This document shows, in pieces, positions 31,248-40,996 of a DNA stretch of 64,000 nucleotides. Position 1 is the first letter of the stretch. The number at the start of each line of letters is the position of its first letter. The stretch lies in the NCBI GenBank assembly GCA_965243025.1, contig CBDETY010000003.1:5504001-5568000 (forward strand), in the 5' to 3' direction. The notes under the pieces are model-generated. The model saw only the letters and a program-made list of their open reading frames with translations. It had not been told where the DNA came from and did no database searches. This stretch comes from Candidatus Latescibacterota bacterium. GTDB lineage: Bacteria; Latescibacterota; UBA2968; UBA8231. A program made the position numbers and the translations under genes.

Positions 31248-33086
31248 TTGAAAATGTCCGTCGCAACCTGTCCCGGACGCCATCTGATGCCCTGCCTCCT
31301 CGCCGCCGCGATTTCCGCCGGTGCGCAGGAGATCGAGCGCGGCCACGCCCTCGGCATCCACTCCGAGGTCAAGTACGCCCCCGGCTTCCAGCACTTCGAC
31401 TACGTAAACCCGGAAGCCCCCAAAGGGGGTGAGCTGCGCCTCGCGGTCGTCGGCACCTTCGACAACCTCAACCCCTTCATCCTCAAGGGGATAGCCGCCC
31501 AGGGCACGCGCATGATCTACAGCCGCTTGTGCACCAAGTCGCTCGACGAGCCGCTCAGCGAGTACGGGCAGCTCGCCGAGATCGTCGAGTTCCCCGCCGA
31601 CCGCTCCTGGGTCACCTTTCACCTGCGGCCGGAGGCGCGCTGGCACGACGGGGTCCCGATCACCCCGGCGGACGTCATCTTCACTTTCCAGACGCTGATA
31701 ACCAAAGGCACGCCGTTCTACCGCAGCTTCTATGCCGACGTCGACGCGGTGGAACAGCTCGGCGACCGCGCGGTGCGGTTCCGCTTCAAACCGGGCACCG
31801 TCAACCGGGAGCTGCCCCTGATCCTCGGGCAGCTGCGCATCCTTCCGAAGCATTTCTGGCAGGAGAGGGATTTCGCCGGGACGACCCTCGAGCCGCCGCT
31901 CGGCAGCGGTCCGTACCGCATCGCCGCGGTCGACCCGGGCCGCTCGATCACCTACGAGCGCGTCGCTGGCAACTGGGACGAGGATCTCCCGGTTCAGCGC
32001 GGGCACCACAACTTCGACAGGATCCGCTACGAGTACTACCGCGACGAGACGGTGGCTGTCGAGGCTTTCAAGGCCGGGGAGTACGACCTGCGCTTCGCCT
32101 CCAGCCCCGGGGAGTGGGCAACGTCGTACGACGTCGAGCCGGTGAGAGAGGGGCTGCTTATCCGCGAGGCGATCCCCCACCAGATGATCCGCGGCATGAG
32201 CGGGTTCGTCTTGAACACCCGCCGCGAGAAGTTCGCCGATACCAGGGTGCGCGAGGCCCTTGCCTACGCTTTCGATTTCGAGTGGACCAACGCGACCCTG
32301 TTCCACGACCTCTACCACCGGACGCGCAGCTACTTCGAGAATTCCGAGCTCGCCGCCGCCGGCCTGCCGGAGGGGAAGGAGCTGGAGATCCTCGAGGAAT
32401 TCCAAGGCCGGGTGCCCGAGGCGCTGTTCAGCGAGCCGTACCGCCCCCCATCGACGGAAGGAGGGGGCCAACTGCGGGCCAACCTGCGCACCGCCCGCGG
32501 CCTGCTCGCCGAAGCGGGGTGGCTGGTCGGGGAGAAGGGTCTGACGCACAGGGGCACCGGCGAGGTCATGGAGATCGAGTTTCTGCTCGTGCGCCCGCTC
32601 TACGAGCGCGTCGTCGCCCCGATGCAGAAGAACCTCGAGCGGCTCGGCATCGACTCCCGCATCCGCACCGTCGACACGGCGCAGTACTGGAACCGCCTGC
32701 AGCAGTTCGACTACGACGTCATCGCGCGATCGTGGAACCAGTACCTGAGTCCGGGGAACGAGCAGCGCAACTACTGGACGACAACGGCCGCCGCCGCCCC
32801 CGGCAGCCGCAACTACCCCGGGATCAGGGACCCGGTGGTCGACGAGCTGGTCGAGCGCGTCATCTCCGCCCAGGACCGGGCGACGCAGGTGGCGACCGCC
32901 AGGGCCCTCGACCGCGTGCTGCTGTGGGGGCACTACGTCATCCCCCACTGGCACAGCCGTCAGCACCTCGTCATCTACTGGGACAAGTTCGGCCGCCCCG
33001 GGGTGCTGCCGAGAAACGACCTGGCCCCCCTCCGCACCTGGTGGGTCGACCCGGGCAGGGAGGCGCGGCTGCGGGAGCGCCGGTAG
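31248..33086 (+). CDS. yejA: ABC transporter substrate-binding protein, family 5 (YejA-like), copy 1
   Basis: '[18 protein letters not shown]', 'GTFDNLNPF', 'ARWHDG.PIT', '[15 protein letters not shown]', '[15 protein letters not shown]'. Start uncertain. Confidence 0.9.
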   Translation: MKMSVATCPGRHLMPCLLAAAISAGAQEIERGHALGIHSEVKYAPGFQHFDYVNPEAPKGGELRLAVVGTFDNLNPFILKGIAAQGTRMIYSRLCTKSLDEPLSEYGQLAEIVEFPADRSWVTFHLRPEARWHDGVPITPADVIFTFQTLITKGTPFYRSFYADVDAVEQLGDRAVRFRFKPGTVNRELPLILGQLRILPKHFWQERDFAGTTLEPPLGSGPYRIAAVDPGRSITYERVAGNWDEDLPVQRGHHNFDRIRYEYYRDETVAVEAFKAGEYDLRFASSPGEWATSYDVEPVREGLLIREAIPHQMIRGMSGFVLNTRREKFADTRVREALAYAFDFEWTNATLFHDLYHRTRSYFENSELAAAGLPEGKELEILEEFQGRVPEALFSEPYRPPSTEGGGQLRANLRTARGLLAEAGWLVGEKGLTHRGTGEVMEIEFLLVRPLYERVVAPMQKNLERLGIDSRIRTVDTAQYWNRLQQFDYDVIARSWNQYLSPGNEQRNYWTTTAAAAPGSRNYPGIRDPVVDELVERVISAQDRATQVATARALDRVLLWGHYVIPHWHSRQHLVIYWDKFGRPGVLPRNDLAPLRTWWVDPGREARLRERR

Positions 33087-33155
33087 CGGCCCTGTCCCCG
33101 GAGGGATGGCCGAAGTCCGGTACGGGGCCCCGGCCATGGCCGCCTTTGACCAGGA

Positions 33156-33476
33156 TCAAAGTTTGATTACCGCGATGAGGATGCCGGTGATGGCGGCCAA
33201 AGTGGTCATGGTCCACATGAAATGGGTGTCCATGCGCACATTGGTCTCGTTGACGCGGTGGTGGACGGCTTGGATTTGTCCGCCCAGTGACCGGTTGGTC
33301 TCGTCGATGCGCTTATTGGTTTCGTCGATGCGCTTGTTGGTCTCGTCGATGCGGTGATGGACGGCCCCCACCTGGTTGCGCAGGTCCTGGATGTCTTCGC
33401 GCAGATAGCTGATGCCCCAATGCAGGTCTTCCGGGGCGGGTCGGGGTTGAGGTCGAGGTGTGGAACCTTCGGTCAT
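33156..33476 (-). CDS. Small coiled-coil protein with heptad repeats and a C-terminal TM helix (DUF1640/Bdr-like)
   Basis: (RIDETNK)x2-RIDETNR, a further 'AVHHRVNETN', then 'FMWTMTTLAAITGILIAVIKL'. Confidence 0.7.
   Translation of the reverse strand: MTEGSTPRPQPRPAPEDLHWGISYLREDIQDLRNQVGAVHHRIDETNKRIDETNKRIDETNRSLGGQIQAVHHRVNETNVRMDTHFMWTMTTLAAITGILIAVIKL
33294..33354. repeat. 21-bp tandem repeat (about 3 copies) within the coiled-coil gene
   Basis: TTGGTCTCGTCGATGCGCTTA / TTGGTTTCGTCGATGCGCTTG / TTGGTCTCGTCGATGCGG. Confidence 0.85.
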
Positions 33477-33681
33477 GGCGTGCTTCCGAGGCGGCGGGTT
33501 GGGGGAAATATGACGGCTCAAGCAAAGGATAGCAATCTACATGCCAGCGCGATCCTTCGAGCAGGGGCGGGGACCGGGCTCAAACTGCGCGCGCGAACAC
33601 ACGCAGGTGGCTCTTCCGATACACAAGGGCCGGAGTCAGCGGGCTCTTTTCGGATTGCCGATAGCGTCGGCTATGGATCGA

Positions 33682-35301
33682 TCAGTCCCCCTCCTCGCCG
33701 GAGCCGAGCGTCTCGACGGCGAACGCCGCGGCGATCAGCTCCTTCGTGTAGCGCTGCTTCGGAGCCGTGAAGATCTCCCGCGCCGGCCCCTGCTCGACGA
33801 CCTGGCCGTCCTTCATCACGATCAGCTCGCTGGCCAGGGCGCGGACCACCTTCAGGTCGTGGCTGATGAACAGGTAGGCGAGGCCCTTGCGCCGCTGCAG
33901 ATCGAGCAGCAGCTCGACGATCTGGGCCTGCACGGTGCGGTCGAGGGCGCTGGTCGGCTCGTCGAGAACCACCAGCCGCGGCTCGAGCACCATGGCCCGG
34001 GCGATGGCGATCCGCTGCCGCTGGCCCCCGGAGAACTCGTGCGGGAAGCGGTCCATGGTTTCGGGGTCCAACCCGACCTCCGACATCGCCCCGGCCACCC
34101 GCTGGCGCCGCTCCTCGCGGCGTTCGCCGATGCCGTGAACCAGCAGCCCCTCCTCGATGATCTGAAAGGCCGACAGCCGCGGACTCAGCGAGGCGAAGGG
34201 GTCCTGGAAGACGATCTGCATCTGCCGCCGCAGCGGGCGCACCTCCTTCTGCCGCCAGCCCTGGATATCGCGGCCCTCGAACTCGACGCCGCCGACGCTG
34301 GAAAGCAGGCGCAGCACCGCCTGGGCAAGGGTCGTCTTTCCCGACCCCGACTCCCCCACCACGCCGACGGTCTCGCCGGCGCGCAGGCGCAGGGACACTC
34401 CGTCGACGGCTTTCACGTGCCCCACCGTCCTGCGCAGGAAGCCGCGCCGGATCGGGAAGTGGACCTTGAGGTCCCGGGTCCGCACCACTTCGGGGGCACC
34501 CTCGTCGACCGGCGCCGGTTCCCCCCGCGGCTCGGCGGCCAGCAGCCGGCGGGTGTAGGGATGGCGCGGTTTCGTGAAGATCACCTCGGTGGCCCCCTCT
34601 TCGACGACCTCCCCGTCCGTCATCGCGTAGACGCGGTCGGCGACGCGGCGGACGATCCCGAGGTCGTGGGTGATCAGCAGGATCGCCATGCCGGAGCGCC
34701 GCTGCAGGCCGCGCAGCAACTCGAGGATCTGCGCCTGTATGGTGACGTCGAGGGCGGTGGTCGGCTCGTCGGCGATCAGCAGGTCGGGATCGTTGGCCAG
34801 GGCCATGGCGATCATCACCCGCTGGCGCTGCCCCCCTGAAAGCTGGTGCGGCCAGGCGTCGAGGCGCTCTGCGTCCGGCAGGCCGACGAGGCGCAGCAGC
34901 TCCAGGGTGCGCTCCCGGGCTTCCTGGCGGCTCACTTCCCGGTGCAGCATCAGGCTCTCGCTGATCTGGCGCTCGACCGAGTGCAGCGGGTTCAGCGACG
35001 TCATCGGCTCCTGGAAGATCATAGCCGCGCGGCCCCCCCGCAGGTCCAGCAGGCGCTCGGGCGGGGCCCCGACCAGCTCTTCCCCGGCGAAGCGGATGCT
35101 GCCGTGAGGATGGCTGGCCCGCGGATAGGGCAGCAGCTGCATCACCGACAGCGCGGTCACCGACTTGCCGGAGCCCGACTCCCCGACCAGGGCGACGGTC
35201 TCCCCCTTTTCGACGGAGAGGCTGGCGTCCCGCACGGCCTGCACCCTCCCCCCTTCGAGGTGGAAGTCGACCCCGAGCCGGTCGATGGCCAGCAGGCTCA
35301 C
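33682..35301 (-). CDS. yejF: Dual-domain ABC ATPase (YejF)
   Basis: Two GESGSGK Walker A motifs, LSGGQRQR and FSGGQRQR, DEPTT and DEPTS. Confidence 0.92.
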   Translation of the reverse strand: MSLLAIDRLGVDFHLEGGRVQAVRDASLSVEKGETVALVGESGSGKSVTALSVMQLLPYPRASHPHGSIRFAGEELVGAPPERLLDLRGGRAAMIFQEPMTSLNPLHSVERQISESLMLHREVSRQEARERTLELLRLVGLPDAERLDAWPHQLSGGQRQRVMIAMALANDPDLLIADEPTTALDVTIQAQILELLRGLQRRSGMAILLITHDLGIVRRVADRVYAMTDGEVVEEGATEVIFTKPRHPYTRRLLAAEPRGEPAPVDEGAPEVVRTRDLKVHFPIRRGFLRRTVGHVKAVDGVSLRLRAGETVGVVGESGSGKTTLAQAVLRLLSSVGGVEFEGRDIQGWRQKEVRPLRRQMQIVFQDPFASLSPRLSAFQIIEEGLLVHGIGERREERRQRVAGAMSEVGLDPETMDRFPHEFSGGQRQRIAIARAMVLEPRLVVLDEPTSALDRTVQAQIVELLLDLQRRKGLAYLFISHDLKVVRALASELIVMKDGQVVEQGPAREIFTAPKQRYTKELIAAAFAVETLGSGEEGD

Positions 35302-36413
35302 GATTCACCTCCGGATTGGCCGGGCTCGGCCGCGGCGAAGGTCTTGCGCGGATCGAAGGCGTCGCGCACCGCCTCGCCGATGAAGACCAGCAGCGACAGC
35401 ATGACCGCCAGCGAGAAGAACGCGGTGAAGCCGAGCCAGGGGGCCTGCAGGTTGCGTTTCCCCTGGTTGAGGAGCTCTCCCAGCGACGGCGACCCGGGCG
35501 GCAGGCCGAAGCCGAGGAAGTCGAGGGAAGTCAGCACCGTGACAGAGCCGGTGAGGATGAAGGGCAGGAACGTCAGGGTCGAGACCATGGCGTTCGGCAG
35601 CACGTGCCTCCACATGATGCGCCGGTCGCCCTGCCCCAGGGCGCGGGCGGCCTTGACGAAGTCGAAGTTTCGCGCCCGCAGGAACTCGGCGCGGACGACC
35701 CCGACCAGCCCCATCCAGCGGAACAGGAGGAGCAGCCCCAGGAGCCACCAGAAGTTCGGTTCGACGACGCTGGCCAGGATGATCAGCAGGTAGAGCAGGG
35801 GAAGCCCCTGCCAGATCTCGATGAAGCGCTGGAAGATCAGGTCGACCCAGCCGCCGAAGTACCCCTGGACGGCCCCGGCGGCGATGCCGGCGGCGGCGCT
35901 GAAGAGGGTCAGCAGGAGGCCGAACAGCACCGAGATGCGGTACCCGTAGATCAGCCGGGCGGCGACGTCGCGGGCCTGGTCGTCGGTGCCGAGCAAGTTG
36001 CCGCCCCCCGGAGGGGAGGGGGCCGGCTGCTCCAGATCGTAATTGACGGTGTCGTAGCTGAACGGGATGGGGGGCCACAGGATCCAGCCCTTCTCCTCGA
36101 TCAGCCCGGACACGAACGGGTCGCGGTATTCCGCCTCGGTCTCGAAGTCGCCGCCGAAGGCGGTCTCCGGGTAAGTGGCGAGCACCGGGAAGTAGAAGGA
36201 GCCGTCGAACCTCACCACGAGGGGGCGGTCGTTGGCGATGAACTCGGCCGGCAGGCTGAGGGCGAACAGGAACCAGAAGACCCGGTTGCTCCAGAAGCCG
36301 CGGCGGTTGCGGCGGAAGTTGGCGAGCCGGCGCTGGTTGAGCCGCGACAGCTGCATCCCGAGGAAGCGGGCCTCGGCGGCCGGCGGCGGCGATGCCATGG
36401 CCCCGGCGCTCAC
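35298..36413 (-). CDS. yejE: ABC permease (YejE)
   Basis: '[17 protein letters not shown]', 'EFIANDRP', '[18 protein letters not shown]', '[10 protein letters not shown]'; GTG start overlaps the yejB stop. Confidence 0.92.
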   Translation of the reverse strand: MSAGAMASPPPAAEARFLGMQLSRLNQRRLANFRRNRRGFWSNRVFWFLFALSLPAEFIANDRPLVVRFDGSFYFPVLATYPETAFGGDFETEAEYRDPFVSGLIEEKGWILWPPIPFSYDTVNYDLEQPAPSPPGGGNLLGTDDQARDVAARLIYGYRISVLFGLLLTLFSAAAGIAAGAVQGYFGGWVDLIFQRFIEIWQGLPLLYLLIILASVVEPNFWWLLGLLLLFRWMGLVGVVRAEFLRARNFDFVKAARALGQGDRRIMWRHVLPNAMVSTLTFLPFILTGSVTVLTSLDFLGFGLPPGSPSLGELLNQGKRNLQAPWLGFTAFFSLAVMLSLLVFIGEAVRDAFDPRKTFAAAEPGQSGGES

Positions 36414-37507
36414 GATTCCCTGCTCTCGAAGTCGATGCGGCGGTCGACGAGGGTGTAGGTCAGGTCCCCCACCAGCTGCATCACCAGTCCCAGGAGGGTG
36501 AAGAAGTAGAGGGTGGCGAACATCACCGGGTAGTCGCGGCCGATCGCCGCCTCGTAGCCGAGCAGCCCGAGGCCGTCGAGGGAGAAGATGATCTCGGTCA
36601 GCAGCGCCCCGGTGAAGAAGATGTCGACGAAGGCGCTCGGGAAACCGGCGATGACGATGAGCATGGCGTTGCGGAAGACGTGGCCGTAGAGGACGCGGCG
36701 CTCGCTCAGACCCTTGGCGCGGGCGGTGATCACGTACTGCTTGTTGATCTCGTCGAGGAAGGAGTTCTTGGTCAGCAGCGTCAGGCCGGCGAAGCCGCCG
36801 ATCACCATGGCGCACACCGGCAGCGCCAGGTGCCAGAAGTAGTCGGCGATCCTCGAGAAGAAGCCGAGCTCCTCCCAGTTGGAGGAGACCAGCCCGCGCA
36901 GCGGGAACCAGTCGAGGTAGTGGCCGCCGGCGAACAGCACGATCAGCAGGATGGCGAACAGGAAACTCGGAATCGCGTAGCCGACGATCACCACCCCCGA
37001 GGTCCAGACGTCGAACCGGGTCCCGTCCCTGACCGCCTTGGCGATCCCGAGGGGGATCGAGATGCAGTAGACGAGCAGCGTCGTCCAGAGCCCCAGCGAG
37101 ATCGACACCGGCATCTTCTCCCGCACGAGGTCGACGACGCGCCGGTCGCGGTAGAAGCTCTCGCCGAAGTCGAACGAGACGTACTGCACGACCATCTGCC
37201 GGAAGCGCTCGTGGGCCGGCTTGTCGAAGCCGTACATGCGCTCGAGCTCGGCGATCAGGTCGGGGTCGAGGCCCTGGGCGCCGCGGTACTTGCCGGCCGC
37301 CTCCCCCGCGGAGAGGGGGTCGAGCGCCTCCCCCTGGCCGGCGCCGCTCACCCGCGCGGTGGCGTCCGGGGCGTGTCCCTGGATGAGGGCGATCGCCTGC
37401 TCCACGGGGCCGCCGGGGGCGGCCTGGATGACGAGGAAGTTGACGAGCATGATGCCGAACAGGGTCGGCACCATGAGCAGCAGACGCCTGAGGATGTAGG
37501 CGGTCAT
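36410..37507 (-). CDS. yejB: ABC permease (YejB)
   Basis: '[16 protein letters not shown]...APGGPVEQ', 'YRGAQGLDP', '[23 protein letters not shown]'. Confidence 0.93.
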   Translation of the reverse strand: MTAYILRRLLLMVPTLFGIMLVNFLVIQAAPGGPVEQAIALIQGHAPDATARVSGAGQGEALDPLSAGEAAGKYRGAQGLDPDLIAELERMYGFDKPAHERFRQMVVQYVSFDFGESFYRDRRVVDLVREKMPVSISLGLWTTLLVYCISIPLGIAKAVRDGTRFDVWTSGVVIVGYAIPSFLFAILLIVLFAGGHYLDWFPLRGLVSSNWEELGFFSRIADYFWHLALPVCAMVIGGFAGLTLLTKNSFLDEINKQYVITARAKGLSERRVLYGHVFRNAMLIVIAGFPSAFVDIFFTGALLTEIIFSLDGLGLLGYEAAIGRDYPVMFATLYFFTLLGLVMQLVGDLTYTLVDRRIDFESRES

Positions 37508-37589
37508 TGGATTGCCCGTCCCGACAGGCGGCCGGATCCCCGGCGCCCCGGCGGCGGATTCCCGGCAGCCTGTATGCGGTGACGGGGCA

Positions 37590-39491
37590 CTACTCGGTCT
37601 TCTGCAGCCGCGCCGCTTTCTCCGCGTCGTACCACCAGGTCAGCGGCAGCACGAACAGGTCTCCCGTGTACGGGGCGGTTTTTCCGGGCCGCCCGAACCT
37701 GTCCCAGCGCAGGGTGCGGAAGGCGTTGATGTGCCAGTGGGGGATGACGTAGTGAGCCCACAGCAGCACCCGGTCGAGGGCCCGGGTCAGGGCGACCAGC
37801 TCGGCCCGGTCCGGGGCCGCGATCAGCCGGTCGACCAGCTCGTCGACCACCGGGTCGGCGATGCCGGCGTAGTTGTTGCTGCCGGGTTTGGCGGCCGCGT
37901 CGCTCGTCCAGAAGTTGCGCTGCTCGTTGCCCGGGCTCAGGCTCTGGGCCCGCACCCTCGTGACGACGTCGAAGTCGAACTCCCTGGCCCGGTTCTGGTA
38001 CTGGGCGTCGTCGACGGTGCGGATCCGCGCCGCGATCCCGAGGCGCTCGAGGTTGCCGATCACCGGGGCGACGATCCGCTCCCAGCTCGGCCTGTTCAAC
38101 AGGAACTCGATCTCCATCGCCTCCCCGGTCTCCGCGTGGGTCAGGCTGCCGTCCACCACGCTCCAGCCGGCCTCCTTCAGAAGCCGCGCCGCGGTGCGCA
38201 GGTTGCCGCGGATCTGCCCGGAGCCGTCGGTGGCCGGCGGGTCGTAGGCTTCGCCGAACACCTCGTCGGGGACTCTGCCCCGGTACTCCTCGAGGATCTC
38301 CAGCTCGCGGCCCGACGGCGATCCCGACGAGGCGAGCTCGGAGTTCGAGAAGAAGCTCTTCGTGCGGGTGTACTGGCCGTAGAACAGGTTGGCGTTGGTC
38401 CACTCGAAATCGAAGGCGTACCCCAGGGCCTCGCGCACCTGGGGGTCGGCGAACTTCGCGCGCCGGGTGTTGAACCAGAAGCCCTGCATGCCGGTCGGCC
38501 TCTGGTGGGGGATCAGCTCCTTGATCAGCCGGCCCTCGCGGACCGCGTCGACGTCGTACGCCGTCGCCCAGTCCTTGGAGGTGTTCTCCATGCGGTAGTC
38601 GAACTCCCCCGCCTTCAGCGCCTCGATGGCCACCGTCTGGTCGCGGTAGAAGTCGAAGTGCACCCGGTCGAAGTTGTAGCGCCCCTTGTTGACCGGAAGG
38701 TCTCGGCCCCAGTAGTCGTCGACCCGCTCGTAGGTGATGAAACGCCCGGCCTCGACCGCGGCGATCCGGTAGGGCCCGCTGCCCGGCGGCGGCTCGAGGG
38801 TCGTCTCCTCGAAGTCGCGCCCTTCCCAGTACTGCTTCGGAAACACCGGGAACTGCCCGGCGATAAGGGGCAGCTCCCGGTTGATGTCCCCGCCGAAGCC
38901 GAACTTCACCCGGTGCGGGCCGATCACTTCGGCGCTCTCGATGTTCTCGTAATAGGCGCGCCACCCGGGGTGCCCCTTGGCCTGGAGAAGCCGCAGGGAG
39001 TAGACGACGTCGTCGGCGGTGACCGGGCTGCCGTCGTGCCAGCGGGCTTCGGGGCGCAGGTCGAAGATCACCCAGCGTCCCTCGGCGTCGATCTCGATGC
39101 TCTCGGCGAGGCGGCCGTACTGGGAGAACGCCTCGTCCTCGGCGCGCTCGAGCAGCGACTCGTAGAGGAGCACGCCTATCCTCGGCGGGGAGATCCCCTT
39201 GATGACGAACGGATTGAGGCTGTCGAAGGTGCCGATGGTCCCCAGGCGGATCTCGCCCCCCTTCGGGGCCTCGGGGTTCGCGTACTCGAAGTGGGTGAAG
39301 CCGGGACCGTACTTGAGGTCGCCGTGCAGGGCGGCGCCGTGGCCGCTGTAGTTCCCCGCGGTTGCGGGGAGGGCGGCGGCGAAGGCGCCGAGAACGGCGA
39401 AGGCGCCGAGAACGGCGAAGGCGCCAAGAATGGCGAAGGCGCCAAGAATGGCGAAGGCGCCGAGAACAAGGGTCAGCAGTTTCATCTTCAT
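37590..39491 (-). CDS. yejA: ABC substrate-binding protein (YejA), copy 2
   Basis: Same YejA motifs as copy 1; heads the yejBEF operon; signal peptide lengthened by LGAFA(I/V) repeats. Confidence 0.92.
   Translation of the reverse strand: MKMKLLTLVLGAFAILGAFAILGAFAVLGAFAVLGAFAAALPATAGNYSGHGAALHGDLKYGPGFTHFEYANPEAPKGGEIRLGTIGTFDSLNPFVIKGISPPRIGVLLYESLLERAEDEAFSQYGRLAESIEIDAEGRWVIFDLRPEARWHDGSPVTADDVVYSLRLLQAKGHPGWRAYYENIESAEVIGPHRVKFGFGGDINRELPLIAGQFPVFPKQYWEGRDFEETTLEPPPGSGPYRIAAVEAGRFITYERVDDYWGRDLPVNKGRYNFDRVHFDFYRDQTVAIEALKAGEFDYRMENTSKDWATAYDVDAVREGRLIKELIPHQRPTGMQGFWFNTRRAKFADPQVREALGYAFDFEWTNANLFYGQYTRTKSFFSNSELASSGSPSGRELEILEEYRGRVPDEVFGEAYDPPATDGSGQIRGNLRTAARLLKEAGWSVVDGSLTHAETGEAMEIEFLLNRPSWERIVAPVIGNLERLGIAARIRTVDDAQYQNRAREFDFDVVTRVRAQSLSPGNEQRNFWTSDAAAKPGSNNYAGIADPVVDELVDRLIAAPDRAELVALTRALDRVLLWAHYVIPHWHINAFRTLRWDRFGRPGKTAPYTGDLFVLPLTWWYDAEKAARLQKTE
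39378..39467. repeat. 18-bp tandem repeat x5 in the yejA signal peptide
   Basis: GGCGAAGGCGCC(G/A)AGAA(C/T) x5, encoding (V/I)LGAFA. Confidence 0.95.
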
Positions 39492-39521
39492 CGTCGGTTC
39501 CTGTTGGTGGGGGACACGGTA

Positions 39522-40388
39522 CTACACCGGCATCCGGCGGCCGGTGTGCTTCCTGCCGATGGCGGCCGCTTCTTCCGAAGTGCCGAGGATCCGCACCCCC
39601 TCGTCGATCGTCTCTCCGATGTTTTCCTCGCTGGCGCCGTCGAGAAAGGCTATGCCGTTGGCGTCGCATGCATCCTTCACGCGTTGACGTATCGCCACCA
39701 TCTCCGCCGAGTACGGCTGGGCGCGGATCATCTCCCCGTGCGACCAGTGGTTGTCGCCCGGCCCCCATTCGGCGAAGGCGATTCCCGGAACCTTCAGCGT
39801 CGCTTCGACGTTCTCCACGGCTCGCCGGTTCTCGATCTTGACGCCGAGCATCAGCTCCCCCTCCGGGTTGAGAGGCCAGAAATCGGCGAGGCGGAGGTAC
39901 TCCTCCACCGTCACCCCCCAGATCGCCGCGGCCGAGCCCTGGCCGCCGTTGCCGCGCCGCCCCTGGGGCACCCGGTCCCGGGCGGCCGTCTGGAAGGAGT
40001 AGCGGCACTCCTGGACAAGGGCGGCGACCGCGTCGGGGCATTCGGCGTGGCAGAGCAGGATCCCGTGGACGCCGCGGTCGAGCACCTGCTCGAACAGCCA
40101 GGCGTTGGCGCGCACCACCGCCTCGCTCGATCCGTCCGGCGGCAGGTCGGCGATCACCGCCGGCGTCGGATGGCCGCTGCGCGCCGGTCCGGCCGCCTTC
40201 AGGCCCTTCATGAAACTGTCGAGCCCTGGCAGGTCGAAGGTGCCGTGCTCCATGCTGACGTTGATGTAGTCGGCGTGGGTGCCGGCCATCTCGAGGCCCG
40301 CCTCGTAGCTGACCGCGCTGAAGCCGGTGTAGTAGATCGGCTGGTCCTGCTCCAGCAGCTCGATGGCGCGGTTGATGCGCTTCGGCAT
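39522..40388 (-). CDS. HpcH/HpaI aldolase/citrate lyase family protein
   Basis: 'DYINVSMEHG.FD', 'QVLDRGVHGILL', 'GVKIEN..AVENVE', 'WGPGD'. Confidence 0.85.
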   Translation of the reverse strand: MPKRINRAIELLEQDQPIYYTGFSAVSYEAGLEMAGTHADYINVSMEHGTFDLPGLDSFMKGLKAAGPARSGHPTPAVIADLPPDGSSEAVVRANAWLFEQVLDRGVHGILLCHAECPDAVAALVQECRYSFQTAARDRVPQGRRGNGGQGSAAAIWGVTVEEYLRLADFWPLNPEGELMLGVKIENRRAVENVEATLKVPGIAFAEWGPGDNHWSHGEMIRAQPYSAEMVAIRQRVKDACDANGIAFLDGASEENIGETIDEGVRILGTSEEAAAIGRKHTGRRMPV

Positions 40389-40646
40389 GTTCGGCTCCTC
40401 GTTCGGGGACTGCGGTTGACGTAGGGCGGAAGCGGCAGCGCCGTCAACCCGCCGGTCGGGGAGGAAGCTGTCGGAGGCGGACCGCGGTTATCCGGATGGG
40501 GCCGGTCGGATGAGTGGCCGGAGAAGGGGTGTTGGCGGCCGCTGACAGGGGAGCGACAGGGACCGGCCCAAGTGGTCAGTTCGAGGCGACGAGAAAACGT
40601 CCGGAAAATGGAGCCCCGAAGGCTGACCCCGGTTCAATCGGGGAGG

Positions 40647-40976
40647 CTATTCCGACAGGCTGGCCTTGATGCGGGCCCAGGACACGTTTTGGACAGCGGT
40701 GCCTTCGGGCGGATCCTTTGCTTCATCAAGAATCCCTCGAGCCCACAAGCCAGACTCAACGGATAGTTGCTGGAGAGAACCATCGTCGTAAGACGCATCC
40801 GGTCCGAGCAAGTCGTGGTAACGGTCTGCCTGAAGCGGATCAGAATCAGTGTCGATCCTGGCGCGCATTTCGTCCGTTAGCTCCGCGAAGGAATAAAGGC
40901 GGTCATGCCATTGAGCATTAAGGCAAATCCCCGTCAGGAGGATAGTGGCGATGATTTGGGTCAGGAGTGGTCTCAT
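40647..40976 (-). pseudogene. Internally deleted paralog of the adjacent secreted protein
   Basis: N-terminus AQWHDRLYSFAELTDEMRARID is fused directly to the C-terminal part TDSD...LLGPD...WARGIL...TAVQNVSWARIKASLSE; about 200 aa present in the neighbour are absent. Confidence 0.7.
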
Positions 40977-40996
40977 ATATGTCACCTTCTATATGG

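Noticed and set aside
39378-39467. 18-bp repeats (and 21-bp repeats at 33294-33354) as a CRISPR array
   Set aside because: Head-to-tail with no spacers, in frame inside coding genes, and no cas genes in the window.
31248-39491. yejABEF as evidence of a microcin or RiPP cluster
   Set aside because: It is a widespread peptide importer; no precursor or maturation genes are adjacent.
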